Notes: a model not told the origin generated them from the letters alone. Numbered from the whole stretch's first letter, positions 24,107-37,062 are shown. The stretch is DNA of 63,442 nucleotides, filler included, from Octopus bimaculoides (GCF_001194135.2; 6 parts of 5 records of this genome joined end to end with filler, not necessarily neighbours in it), one strand, 5' to 3'. Translations and numbers: made by a program.

Positions 24107-25029
24107 NNNNNNNNNNNNNNNNNNNNNNNNNNNNNNNNNNNNNNNNNNNNNNNNNNNNNNNNNNNNNNNNNNNNNNNNNNNNNNNNNNNNNNNNNNNNNN
24201 NNNNNNNNNNNNNNNNNNNNNNNNNNNNNNNNNNNNNNNNNNNNNNNNNNNNNNNNNNNNNNNNNNNNNNNNNNNNNNNNNNNNNNNNNNNNNNNNNNNN
24301 NNNNNNNNNNNNNNNNNNNNNNNNNNNNNNNNNNNNNNNNNNNNNNNNNNNNNNNNNNNNNNNNNNCGACATGTGAGCATGCGCACAACAGCCAAACACC
24401 GCGTCCCTAGAACTGTGAAACGCACACTTTTCTACAAAGATTTTTGTATTTTTTCATAAACTAGGGTGAGGCTACTGACATTAAGCTTAAGGATTATATA
24501 ATGTACAAGTATAAAAAAGAATTAAAGAAAAGTGTGTTTTTTGCGTGTGTGCGTGTGTGCGTGTGTATATGAGTGCGTGCGTATGTCTGTGTGTGTGCGC
24601 GCGCGTGTGTGTGTGTGCGTGTGTGTGTGCGTGTGTGTGCGTGCGTGCGTGCGTGTGTGCCGAATAAGGTTTGTACAATGTCTCTTGGACATTCTCATAT
24701 TGGCATTACCCAACGAAAGATCGAAGGAAAATATCTGGTCTTAACACAGCACTAGCTCGTGAATGTAAGAGTTTTATAACCTTCAGCTGATGCAGAAGAT
24801 TCCGAAACTGATCGAGTAAATTTCTTACACACAGGGTTTTATATCTGACTAACCTTCTTTCTGCAGGAGACATGCTTTAAAGATATGAGACATCTCACAC
24901 TTGGAAGTCTTATAATGTACGGGATATCAATCTAGAAATTCTTTTGTGTTATTGCTTGATTTCTGTTCTTCTCAAAATGGGTTCATGCCAAGTTTTGATG
25001 TGTATCTATTTTGTGATTCCCGGTATCTA

Positions 25030-25410
25030 GAAGCCATCTGCACCAGGCTATTAACCCGGCACTACAAGAAGTGACAGTTTTCTTACCGAAATCCAAATCA
25101 CTTTGAATCAACAACGAAATACTTTCACGATGGAATCGGATCATGGAATAATGTTAATGAGGGAATGCTGGATCAATTCCTATAGAAAAAGTCAACAAAG
25201 CTATCGGCCTTGTGCCGTCATTTTCTTGAAATTTTCGGATGCTCCCGGTCATCACTTTGGCGCAGTTTGCTTTTCCGAAGTGTACATGAAGCGCTGATCG
25301 GTCAGAAATCGTTGCTCTTAGCAACGTTTTGCTGACAATAACAAAAACAATTTTTAATCGTTTCTTCAAAATTTCTCGCTTGCAATTGATTGCAAATGGA
25401 CTGCACTTTC
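25030..25410 (+). mobile_element. Possible highly degraded Tc1/mariner transposase C-terminus
   Basis: Across frameshifts: MRECW.SIPIEKVNKAIGLVP.FLEI..DAPGHHF, resembling the Tc1/mariner C-terminal helix pattern. No TIR pair confirmed. Confidence 0.3.
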
Positions 25411-25424
25411 CGTTAACGTATCTA

Positions 25425-25628
25425 TTTTACTCTTTTATTCTTTTACTTATTTCAGTCATTTGACTGCGGCCATGCTGGAGCACCACCTTTAGTCGAGCAA
25501 ATCGACCCCAGGACTTATTGTTTGTAAGCCTAGTACTTATTCTATCGGTCTATTTTGCCGAACCGCTAAGTTAAACATTCCAGCATCGGTTGTCAAGCGA
25601 TGTTGAGGGGACAAACACAGACACATAA

Positions 25629-25681
<53 letters not shown>

Positions 25682-25850
25682 CATATATACGACGGCTTCT
25701 TTCAGTTTCCGTCTACCAAATCCACTCACAAGGCTTTGGTCGGCCCGAGGCTATAGTAGAAGACACTTGCCCAAGGTGCCACGCAGTGGGACTGAACCCG
25801 GAACCATGTGGTTGGTAAGCAAGCTACTTACCACACAGCCACTCCTACGC
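25425..25850 (-). mobile_element. tRNA-derived SINE family B, full length
   Basis: Head GGAGTGGCTGTGTGGTAAG (A-box-like) and GGTTCAGTCC (B-box-like), central (CA)n(TA)n, tail GACTGAAATAAGTAAAAG. Confidence 0.93.
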
Positions 25851-26342
25851 CTATATAGGAGTATGTAAATTTTCATGAATCTTTTTTTTTATTCTTGTAA
25901 CGTATTCAGCATTAGTCTGAGCATGATACTTGTTCTGTATCAAACTACCCAAGGAAGCATAAGTTGAAGTAACAGGACTGAAAATAGTAGACGAGCTTGC
26001 TTTCAGCTTTTCTGGATTCTTAGACAATGAAATATCAAAATACTTCAGACAGCGTCACTAGTCTCGTGTCTTGCCCCAACAAATTGTATTTGTGACCGTA
26101 TGTGACTTTCCAAAGCTGAGTTCATCAGTCATCAACGAATTCGTACAAAAAGATGACTATTGTATGTTCATATTTATAGATTGCGAAACATGAAATAAGA
26201 TGTGGAAATGTTTGCCAGTCAAGTGGTGGTTTAACTAAACGTAACTCGGAATAAGTCATGTTAAATTTTACAAACAGAAACATACATTTATTTCTATTCG
26301 CTTTGTATTGAGTACTTTAATTTTTGCGTTGTGCATATCAAA

Positions 26343-26343
26343 T

Positions 26344-26397
<54 letters not shown>

Positions 26398-26420
26398 CAC
26401 TACTCCTACTACTACCACTA
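26343..26420. repeat. (ACT)n/(ACC)n microsatellite
   Basis: Direct inspection. Confidence 0.93.
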
Positions 26421-26568
26421 CCACCATACCCAATGCTGCGGCTGCTGTTACTGTTGAAACTACTACAACGATGAAAATTCATATCAATATATATGCCGTT
26501 GTTTCTCTGGATTGAATGTGCGTATGTGCATGCATGAGTGTGTGCTTGCGTGTGTTTGTGTGTATGTG

Positions 26569-26628
<60 letters not shown>

Positions 26629-28096
26629 CGTGTGCGTGAGCGTGTGTGTCTGGTACTATTGAAAACATGACTTATGCTCCATCTCTTATACACAATGTTT
26701 CTCATTTCCAAGTTAATCTGGAACAATGCATTTCCAACTCCATCGACGTTTCTCATTATTTTCAGTCTCATGTACTTCATGATATTGATGTTGCAGTTGT
26801 TGATGTTGCTTTTTTTAAATTTATTGATGTAGCATGTTCTGACTTTGAAATTTTCTATATAAAGAAAATATAATTCGTTTAAGAATTCTGAAATAATTAG
26901 ACCAAGTTTGTCATTCGTCCTTTCCAAGTCAATAAAATGACGTATTTCTACCGCAAATCATTCAAGTATTGAAGTACTGAAATGCTTTACATCACAGCTA
27001 TTCAAATAGATGACTTGATTATTCAAAATCGTTTTGACGAATTTTATATTTATAAATCTAACAAAAAAGTGCGGCAGATATATATTTTATTTAAAAACAT
27101 TATGTTTGTAATAATTACAATTATTAAAATCATCAAAATAAATTAAATGTTCTTCATCAGTAACGTCGCCTTTGAAAACAATAAATTACAAGAAATCAAT
27201 ATATTTATTAGATTGGACATACAAATTAAAAACAATAACATAAGCTAAATATCAAATCGGATTTTTATTTCACAATGTGTATATCAGATAAGATGTATAT
27301 CACATTCTTTTCAAACAAAATATGAATATTTCACCAGGCGCAATAATAAGCAGAAAATCTTCACTCACACGCTCGCGAACTCTATTCTGAAACATGAGGG
27401 CACTAAATAGTGAAATCTAAATTTCTGTATCGCAACGGTTCTTACAATGATGATGTAATGTGAAAGCTACTCTACAAAAGTAGCAATGTAGTTAGTTTAA
27501 ACATTGCAAGTTAACAATTTTTTTTATAGATATTTAAATATTTGCATATATACAAAATCTCATGCTTACAATGAAGAGAATATTGTCTTTCCTCAAGATA
27601 ATGGCTGGGTCCACGAAATTAAACTACTTCAAATAAATATGGAAGCCGAATCGCTGATATCGTTTTGTTTGTAGTACAGTGTAGTTGAGTGTAGTACAGT
27701 AATAGCATTCCAGTGTTTATGCTAAACATTACTCAATTTATTGTTTTCTCGGTTTAGAATGACTAATTTTTCAGGATAGGATACGTTATATAAGGAATAT
27801 TAAAACTAAANNNNNNNNNNNNNNNNNNNNNNNNNNNNNNNNNNNNNNNNNNNNNNNNNNNNNNNNNNNNNNNNNNNNNNNNNNNNNNNNNNNNNNNNNN
27901 NNNNNNNNNNNNNNNNNNNNNNNNNNNNNNNNNNNNNNNNNNNNNNNNNNNNNNNNNNNNNNNNNNNNNNNNNNNNNNNNNNNNNNNNNNNNNNNNNNNN
28001 NNNNNNNNNNNNNNNNNNNNNNNNNNNNNNNNNNNNNNNNNNNNNNNNNNNNNNNNNNNNNNNNNNNNNNNNNNNNNNNNNNNNNNNNNNNNNNNN

Positions 28097-29084
28097 CTCT
28101 TCCCTCAGAAGTTCACTGACATTTGTTGCAATCATTATAGCATATAGAACCAATGTCGTAACGCTTGCTGTTGTAATTGCAGCTACATGGATTTGTTGTG
28201 CACACTACGGTACAATCGGCTTAGCATGTGCATGTATTACAGTCCCTTCTAAATGTAGTACCTATTTGGTAGGTGTATTCATTATAAAGACAATGTCAAG
28301 GGTTATTAGTACAGCTTAATCTACCATTCAGTTCACACGTACATGTATTACAACCCTGTCTAAATGTTTGACCTACATTATAAATCTGGTTGTTGTACGT
28401 GCATTTGCAAACTTTAGTTGTACATTGAACATATCCAGTCGATAGATATTGGCATTCGCTACAATCATCCGAAAATTTATCACTAATTTTATAAGTTTGT
28501 CCTTTGTGTGAACATTGGTAGAGTTTATTTGTGCACTCATCTTGTCCGTTATCTTGACATCTGCAAGTGTTGCAGTCATCGTTGAAATTTTGACCATCTT
28601 GATATCGTGAATTTTTGTAATAACCCACATCTATCACTGTTACACTGCACTATTCCTGTAGTTTCACAGGTGCAAGTCTTACAGCTATCATTGAAACTCA
28701 CTCCAAAATTGTAGACTTTACCATTATATTGGCACTGACACACATTATTAGTACACTAATTATAGCGAGAAGAAAGGCATTTATATCTCTTACAGTTGTC
28801 ATGGAATTCTAAACCTTTTTGATACACCATTCCGTTGTAAGTACACTGTTTAGTGCTGTCTTTGTTGTTACAATGTACCTGAACACCGTGTTTGCATTCA
28901 CATGTATTGCTGGATTGCTGGAATTCTGGAATGTCTCTCCTATTCTGTAAAAGTAGATCCCTGTCCGTAATCACAACGTAAATTTGTACAAACGTGATGA
29001 ATTTGCCATATTCATCACATACACATGTGTTGCAGTCGATCTTGAATATTCCTCTATACTTCCTTCCATTATGTGTAACTTCGT
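28097..29084 (-). pseudogene. Pseudogenised exon of a protein with at least 9 tandem six-Cys VWC/pacifastin-like modules
   Basis: Acceptor CTCTTCTTCACAG at 29085, phase 1. Repeats of ~37 aa follow C-x-YNG..Y..G..F..DCN.C.C...G...CT...C (e.g. CTYNNQIYNVGQTFRQGCNTCTCELNGRLSCTNNP). In-frame TAG (28756), TGA (28296), TAA and a further TGA, plus frameshifts near 28985-28900 and ~28625. Runs into an N gap. Confidence 0.85.
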
Positions 29085-29173
29085 CTGTGAAGAAGAGCAT
29101 CAACTGATAATTCTTTCAAAGTTATCTACTGAAAATGAATATTTATTTTCCCAAGTAATTTCTCATATACACA

Positions 29174-29213
<40 letters not shown>

Positions 29214-29287
29214 AATCGATACATATATACAATATTTGTATATGCATGTATGGACATATATACATGTATGTACTATATATACATGTA

Positions 29288-29364
<77 letters not shown>

Positions 29365-29926
29365 CTTTTACCTGTTATTGTTTTCAGCCTAGGGCTGAGG
29401 TCATGCTGGTACACTACCTGTAGTTTCTTGGCGTTGTTTCCGGTATTGTTTTTGGTGAAGTAGAGAGCTAGACGAAGCCTCTCTTCTTTGTGTCTACTGC
29501 CGCGATGTGGATTCATCTGGCATCTCAGGTAGAAACCTGTCCGTCCAGACGTTCCTTGAAAACTTCCACATCAACACCATGTAGATCTCTAAGGTTTCCG
29601 GCATGATGTTCAAAAATTGCGGGTCCTAGGAACCCAGACTCTGTCCTTATTTTAGATCGGGATGATGGGATCTTTGGTATGATGCAATGCCGTCCAGTTC
29701 GAGGATTGGTGTAGCTGTCAATTCCAAAATTTGGAGCTAAACCCTACAAGATCTTCCAAATATATATCACCGCTTATCTCTCTCGTCTTCTCTCCAGGGA
29801 ATAGAGACTCAGCTCCTTTAACCTCTCCCAGTACCCCATCTTTTGCAACGAATCAATCTCTTTGTGTATTGGCGCAGGATTGCTTCGAGTTCCACAGTTT
29901 GTTTCACACTTTCTGGAGACCATAGT
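29365..29926 (-). mobile_element. CR1-clade LINE 3' fragment
   Basis: Across frameshifts: YWERLKELSLYSLERRRE..VIYIWKIL.GLAPNFG..GPAIF...LRDLHGVDVEVFKERLDRFL. Confidence 0.75.
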
Positions 29927-30026
29927 NNNNNNNNNNNNNNNNNNNNNNNNNNNNNNNNNNNNNNNNNNNNTTAATTAATTAANNNNNNNNNNNNNNNNNN
30001 NNNNNNNNNNNNNNNNNNNNNNNNNN

Positions 30027-30420
30027 TCTTTGGTGTTACAAGGAGTTTGTTGGTCGCTCGCTCAATTGTGCCCCACATCTAATAAGCAAGGGGGTTGCAG
30101 TCCGGGGAGTTAGGTAGCCAGGTGTTAGGGGTGATATGGTCACAGAAATTGTTTGATAGCCATAATTGAGTTCTCCTGCATGTGTGACATGGTGCAGAGT
30201 CCTGTTGCCACCCTCTTGACCCAGGACAGCACTACCTCCTCCAGGCACTTGATGTAGGTCTCCCTGTGGAGTCTGGGGCCGTGTGGGAAGATGAAAGGAA
30301 GCATAACGTCGCCATCACTAGTGATCACTCCAAACACCATGATGTTGACTGGACGTTTGATTTTTATCACGCTCGGTATATATCCTCAAATTTTACTCTC
30401 CTCATACTGACACCAAAGCA
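30027..30420 (-). mobile_element. Tc1/mariner (maT/DD37D-like) transposase fragment, decayed
   Basis: KRPVNIMVFGVITSDGDVMLPFIFPHG..YIKCLEEVVLSWVKRVA, then WLSNNFCDHITPNTWLPNSPDCNPLAY*MWGTIER. Confidence 0.8.
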
Positions 30421-30561
30421 CTCTGAAATGTTTGTATTGGAGTGTCCAGTGCGAATGCTAAGCAGTACAGTATATTGTTTCCAAATTTCTGGCAGAGTGA
30501 ATTGCGTCATGGTGCTGTTTTTCTCACAGACGGTACCCAACTGAACCTACANNNNNNNNNN

Positions 30562-30710
30562 TGAGTGGTAAGTAGCTTGCTTACCAACCACATGGTTCCG
30601 GGTTCAGTCACATTGCGTGGCACCTTGGGCAAGTGTCTATAGCTTCGGACCAACCAATGCCTTATGAGTGGATGTGGTAGACTGAAACTGAAAGAAGCCC
30701 GTCATATATA
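30562..30710 (+). mobile_element. SINE family B, 5' half
   Basis: GTGGTAAGTAGCTTGCTTACCAACCACATGGTTCCGGGTTCAGTC..AAAGAAGCCCGTC. Confidence 0.9.
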
Positions 30711-30711
30711 C

Positions 30712-30916
30712 ATATTAGTAATGCTAAGACAACAAAAGAATGAATGAGACTTCGATATTATATAAATAGAGGAATTTATCTGTGATATAATATGTGACAA
30801 TTATTCGGTTGCTTTAATAAGACTCCCAGTTTCGGATGTCGGGGCGGAAAACTGCTCCGGCATCTCGTCAGTTATCGAGGCAATCATTTTTTTATGACAA
30901 CCGAATAATTGTCACA

Positions 30917-30925
<9 letters not shown>
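30712..30925. mobile_element. PLE pLTR-like or retrozyme-like fragment carrying a hammerhead, with 27-bp perfect inverted repeat
   Basis: Inverted repeat 30785-30811 / 30898-30924 encloses the ribozyme motif. The PLE link is inferred from the known association of type I hammerheads with PLE pLTRs. Confidence 0.55.
30811..30881 (-). ncRNA. Type I hammerhead ribozyme motif
   Basis: Minus strand GCCUCGAUAA-CUGACGA-GAUGCCGG..CCGACAUC-C-GAAAC-UGGGA-GUC-UUAUUAAAGC: both core boxes, a stem II of 7/8 pairs, short stem III ACU/AGU with GGG loop, GUC cleavage triplet, and stem I AUAA/UUAU plus outer pairs. Confidence 0.7.
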
Positions 30926-30973
<48 letters not shown>

Positions 30974-32084
30974 TACATATATATATATATGTGTGTATAT
31001 ATATATATATGTTATTTTTTTATTCTTTTGCTTGTTTCAATCATTTGACTGCGGCCATGCAGGGGCNNNNNNNNNNNNNNNNNNNNNNNNNNNNNNNNNN
31101 NNNNNNNNNNNNNNNNNNNNNNNNNNNNNNNNNNNNNNNNNNNNNNNNNNNNNNNNNNNNNNNNNNNNNNNNNNNNNNNNNNNNNNNNNNNNNNNNNNNN
31201 NNNNNNNNNNNNNNNNNNNNNNNNNNNNNNNNNNNNNNNNNNNNNNNNNNNNNNNNNNNNNNNNNNNNNNNNNNNNNNNNNNNNNNNNNNNNNNNNNNNN
31301 NNNNNNNNNNNNNNNNNNNNNNNNNNNNNNNNNNNNNNNNNNNNNNNNNNNNNNNNNNNNNNNNNNNNNNNNNNNNNNNNNNNNNNNNNNNNNNNNNNNN
31401 NNNNNNNNNNNNNNNNNNNNNNNNNNNNNNNNNNNNNNNNNNNNNNNNNNNNNNNNNNNNNNNNNNNNNNNNNNNNNNNNNNNNNNNNNNNNNNNNNNNN
31501 NNNNNNNNNNNNNNNNNNNNNNNNNNNNNNNNNNNNNNNNNNNNNNNNNNNNNNNNNNNNNNNNNNNNNNNNNNNNNNNNNNNNNNNNNNNNNNNNNNNN
31601 NNNNNNNNNNNNNNNNNNNNNNNNNNNNNNNNNNNNNNNNNNNNNNNNNNNNNNNNNNNNNNNNNNNNNNNNNNNNNNNNNNNNNNNNNNNNNNNNNNNN
31701 NNNNNNNNNNNNNNNNNNNNNNNNNNNNNNNNNNNNNNNNNNNNNNNNNNNNNNNNNNNNNNNNNNNNNNNNNNNNNNNNNNNNNNNNNNNNNNNNNNNN
31801 NNNNNNNNNNNNNNNNNNNNNNNNNNNNNNNNNNNNNNNNNNNNNNNNNNNNNNNNNNNNNNNNNNNNNNNNNNNNNNNNNNNNNNNNNNNNNNNNNNNN
31901 NNNNNNNNNNNNNNNNNNNNNNNNNNNNNNNNNNNNNNNNNNNNNNNNNNNNNNNNNNNNNNNNNNNNNNNNNNNNNNNNNNNNNNNNNNNNNNNNNNNN
32001 NNNNNNNNNNNNNNNNNNNNNNNNNNNNNNNNNNNNNNNNNNNNNNNNNNNNNNNNNNNNNNNNNNACCACCACCACCACCACC

Positions 32085-32122
<38 letters not shown>

Positions 32123-32135
32123 AATAATGAATGCT

Positions 32136-32166
<31 letters not shown>

Positions 32167-32740
32167 ATGACAGTAATGGTAATAAAAATAATGGTTTCTT
32201 TATTAACTCCGTAGTAACTTCTTCACCATACGTCTTTAACTTCACTGAACCCAAACCCTTTTCCGATTATTATCCCTCAACAAACGCTGTCAGAAAGGAG
32301 CTGAGCTGTGATATTTCATTTTAGTGTGCTTGCGTGCGCTGGTGTGTGTGTTGGTGTGTGTGTGCGTATGTGTGTGTATGTGTGTGTGTGTGTGTGTATG
32401 TGAGTCCTTGTATATTTGTGTACATGTGTATGTTTGTCTATGTGCTTCTGTTTGTCGATGTGTATAAATATGTCTAATATTTTTTGCTTATTTATCAAGT
32501 TATATTTGTTACCCCTTGTTATGGCTTCTCTCTCTCTCTTTTTCCCTCTCTTTTATTTCTTACTTCTATCTTTCTCCTCCCTCTCTCACTCTCTGTCACA
32601 TTCATATATTTCTCTCTAGTTTACATTTTTCCTTCGTTCACCCCACACCTTGTTCACTCTTGTTATGTATTTTTCAACCTCCATCAACAATTTCTCTCTC
32701 TTTAATCTCACTCCGACTTCAACATCTCTCCCTCCCCTCC

Positions 32741-32775
<35 letters not shown>

Positions 32776-33128
32776 NNNNNNNNNNNNNNNNNNNNNNNNN
32801 NNNNNNNNNNNNNNNNNNNNNNNNNNNNNNNNNNNNNNNNNNNNNNNNNNNNNNNNNNNNNNNNNNNNNNNNNNNNNNNNNNNNNNNNNNNNNNNNNNNN
32901 NNNNNNNNNNNNNNNNNNNNNNNNNNNNNNNNNNNNNNNNNNNNNNNNNNNNNNNNNNNNNNNNNNNNNNNNNNNNNNNNNNNNNNNNNNNNNNNNNNNN
33001 NNNNNNNNNNNNNNNNNNNNNNNNNNNNNNNNNNNNNNNNNNNNNNNNNNNNNNNNNNNNNNNNNNNNNNNNNNNNNNNNNNNNNNNNNNNNNNNNNNNN
33101 NNNNNNNNNNNNNNNNNNNNNNNNNNNN

Positions 33129-33172
<44 letters not shown>

Positions 33173-33859
33173 CATATACATATATATATGTATATATATA
33201 TGTGTGTGTATGAATGTAAATATGATGTATATATATGTGTGTATTTACGCGTGTATGTTTTGTGTGTATGAGGTACCCCTCCCCCAATATTTGAACTGAA
33301 ATAAAAGGGGTAGGTCTGAAAATAACAAAACTAGCATCTGGAAAATAGGGATTATTTTCCTCTAAACAGGAAGAGCTGATATTTTGTATATTATTAGTAC
33401 ACAGGAGAGGATACGAAAAGAGAATGGAAAAGAAAATGAAATAAAAGATAGAGGAAGAAAGAGAAAAAAAAAAGGAAGAGAGGGAGAAAGAAAGGAAGAA
33501 ATGAAAGAATGAAGAAAATAGATCGACTCGAAATACCAGAATAAGAAAATTGAAACATTATGTGAAGGAAAGCATTTCAATGGTATTATAATTGGGATGA
33601 ATGGCAAGCGCCTACCGAGTACACTTTACAGTTCAGCTTCGTCTTTCGGTAATATATGAGTTCACTGCATTTTAATCTGCTAATGCTTATGAAGGAAAGC
33701 ATTTGAAGCATTAGAAATAAGTTAACTTTAATCCTAGATATGTATACGAAAGGAAGAAGCCATTATAAACGGGATGAACATACCTAAAAAACAAAAACAA
33801 AAAAAAACAAAAATCTGACAAAATATTTTGTGAAGGCAGATAAGAGTTGAAATATATAT

Positions 33860-34745
33860 GGAGTGAACTGTAACATTTATAATAACCTTCTGACTAATAT
33901 TAGCATTACTAGTAACTATTTAAAAACATGCGCTATTAATACTTTAAATTTTATAACTATAGAGGCTGAACGCATAGCCTCAGGAATGAATATAAATGAC
34001 AGAGTAGAGATTGTTGAACTAAAAAAAATACGTAATTATTTATTAAGGACCACAAACCAAACTTCGTGAATAATATTTTACGAAATTTATCAATCTACAA
34101 AATACCGAACAAAGAAGAATCACAAAAAATGTAAACATAAAGCAACAATAATATCCAGATTAACACCTTGGAACTATAACACATTAGTTATAATGGGTTT
34201 ACATTGGTCGTATATAAACAAGAATATATATATATATTTCCACTTGTTGGCATAGTTAACTACTATCCAACCAAAACTATAAGCGTCTATTACTAAAGGC
34301 CTTTGGCTTAGCGAAACTCTAAACTACCATCACTGATAGCGACTCACAAATAAAAATTCATGCCATAAAGTTTGGTCTTTATTTACTGCAGCAAATGGAT
34401 GAAAAAGCATAGTGCCGCTCTTTTGTGAAATAAGAAAACAAGAAATTTTGCAGACAGATTTTTAAATTGAATCTGTAAATAAATATATTTTAGATGTTAT
34501 TTACAATTAATTCAGCACTATTTATGGTTTATCGTTATAGTAATAAGGATAATGTTTTACTAATTTCGCAGAAATATCAATGAAAAATAGACAAATAAAT
34601 TTAGAAAAGGTTTAGGAACCTATTCAAGGAATTGAACCTAAAAATAGGAGTACTACCCTTCAAACAATTTTTTTTATATGGAACCTTCAACCTTGATAAT
34701 AAATAATTAGAACCGTAAATTAAATCTAATGATTCAATTGTACAC

Positions 34746-34778
<33 letters not shown>

Positions 34779-35480
34779 TTTAATATAATAGACACATACA
34801 ACTAAAATAAAAAGGTCGAGAGAAGAGAAGTCATTTGGTATAATTTTCCATTTCCGATAACTGTCAGAACTTTATTATGCAAAATATTTCTCGATCTAAT
34901 AAGAATACATTTTCCGTTTGGACATATTGCATAAAAATATTTATACGAATTCGTTTAAAATAAGCTTCTCTAAGGAATTTCCCTAATATTCTATTATCCA
35001 TGAGTAATAAGAAAATAATGAAAAGACTATGTCATTTAAATATAAGCAATAGAATATCCAACTACAATTGCCATTCTGAAATTGTGTACCCAGTCAATGA
35101 AGACAGCTTGTTATATATAGTCACTATCGTATCAAGATTGAACCGAAATTGCATTGATAATATCAGTAAGATTGCGAACCAATTAAAGAGTAGCCTTTAT
35201 CAGTATAACTATACAGTTAGAACTCTTCAAAGAAGAATATATATAAAACTTGCAACGTACATATATGGTTGTTGAAAAATAATAATATATCCTATATCAT
35301 TAAGTGGTGACTATTAGATAAAAGTGCTAACTTATACATAATCAAATGCTTTCTGTAGTCTTTGCACAATGGAAATGCTATTGATTTTGAAGCATAATAC
35401 CAAATATTAAACAGGCACGACAAATTAATATCTTCATGCACATACATACGCCAATACACACTTAAAGGCCTTAACGACAT
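33860..35480 (+). mobile_element. Heavily decayed near-complete Naiad-like Penelope element (RT + GIY-YIG)
   Basis: Ordered remnants: NDRVEIV..IKDHKPNF (33990-34070), LLLKAFGLAK..ITDSD..IHA (34285-34370), TFNLDN (34683), VIWYNFPF..IFLDLIRIHFP (34830-34920), NCHSEIVYPVNEDSLLYIV, KLATYIY, CSLCTME..LNRHD.LISSC (35355-35440). Interrupted by (CA)n. Confidence 0.7.
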
Positions 35481-36386
35481 CCCAATCAGAGTAACATGAG
35501 ATCCGAGCTCTCTCTCTATATATATATGTATATATTTCCTTTCATTATATTTCCATTCCCATTTACAATATTCTATTTTGTCTTCAAAAGTATTTCACGT
35601 ATAATTAATTTGAAATGGATTTACGGAGACCTTAATTTAGTTAATAATTTAATAAGTACCTGCAGAGAAACATTGTGAATATGAGAATAGTGGAAATAGA
35701 ATATTCCTTTTGAAAATATATTTCCTTTGCAGTTCATCTAATTTCTATATGTAAGGTTCGAATTTCTTGCAATTACGGGAATAAAACTCGAGTGACTTCC
35801 CTTTATTTGTAAGAATATTTAACAACTAGTAGCAAGCTCTAGAAATAGCAACAAATCGACACACACATACGCACGCGTACGCACACGCACACACACACAA
35901 ACGCACACAAGAAAAAAGTTAATACCATTTGCTCCCTACGTACGTTTCGCCATTGTGGCTATTTGTATCCTCTGCAGCGGATGTTCATAGTGCAAGTGGA
36001 TGCAGATCCACAACAATTCTTCAGGGAAACACATTATTGCATTATGTTTCGACAAAGCAAAAAAAAAAAAAAAAAAAAAAAAATCAATAAATATGATGTT
36101 AACATTCATGTATGAATATAGTAAATCGTTCAAATGAACACAAAAGCATGCAAATAAATAGATATACGTAAATATTTAAGAGCAACAGACATAGTTACAC
36201 ACAACACAACATCAGATATGAACACACGACAACAATTATAACAGAAAAATGTAGTGTTTTTACTATTCGCATTTTAACAAACGACAGGAAATAAATGGCT
36301 ATAAAGAAATAACTGGAAGAACCATGGGAAGGTGAAACTATTAGCTGTAATATAATTGAAGAATACATATATTACATATTCACACA

Positions 36387-36425
<39 letters not shown>

Positions 36426-37062
36426 GTGAAGTGAATGGTGACTCTTCGATTGAATCAATTGTTTCTAGTTCTGTTTTGAAATCTCCTCAAGAGCTGTACT
36501 GAGGGGAGTTGAAGAAATTTTCATACTCACCTTCATATGCATGTATGTGTACGTGCGTGAGGTTGTGCGTGTATATGTGTACGTGTGTGGCCGTGCGTGT
36601 GTGTGTATGCGTGTGTGTGTGTATGCGTGTGTGTTCGTTCATAAGAACGAAGTTTACAATCATAACTATTAAAAACACCCATGAGCATTTTATTAAGGAT
36701 TTATATTTTCCATTTCCTCATAAGCCGTATACATTTAGCTTGGATAATGATGATGATGATAAAGAAGAAGGAGAAGAAAAGGAAGAAGAAGAAAAAGAAG
36801 AGGAAGAGGAAGAAGAAGAAGAACAACAACACAACAATGGCAACAGCAAAAGTAACAATACTAAAAACTATAATTAACGGGATAGCCTAATCTCTAATTA
36901 GTAGCTAGATTCTCTAGAAGGAGTGGTCAAATTTTCAAATAGTGCCCTACTGTTTTAAATAAAGGGCGTATTGAATAATCTAGTCTTAGTTTCCCTAAAA
37001 TAAGATAGGATGGTCATCGGTGGAATACTTTTGATCATAGATTTGTAGAATCAGGACTTGTT

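Noticed and set aside
25780-25850. tRNA genes at SINE heads (families A and B, also 48084-48140)
   Set aside because: Only A/B-box-like remnants are present, with no full cloverleaf, and they continue into SINE bodies.
28100-28300. TGA at two conserved Cys positions of the VWC-like modules (possible selenocysteine)
   Set aside because: The same exon also has TAA and TAG stops and several frameshifts, so TGY to TGA nonsense mutation in a pseudogene is simpler. No SECIS was examined.
24750-30420. Fanzor/TnpB-like cargo associated with the mariner fragments
   Set aside because: No RuvC or zinc-finger motifs were seen in any frame near the transposase remnants.
30909-33287. Long ORFs in the track composed of X, or of HT/YI/poly-residue runs (here and throughout the window)
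   Set aside because: They arise from N gaps and microsatellites and are not coding evidence.
35930-36045. Possible small Cys-containing exon (NCCGSASTCTMNIRCRG)
   Set aside because: It is too short, has a weak acceptor, and no partner exons or recognisable family were found.
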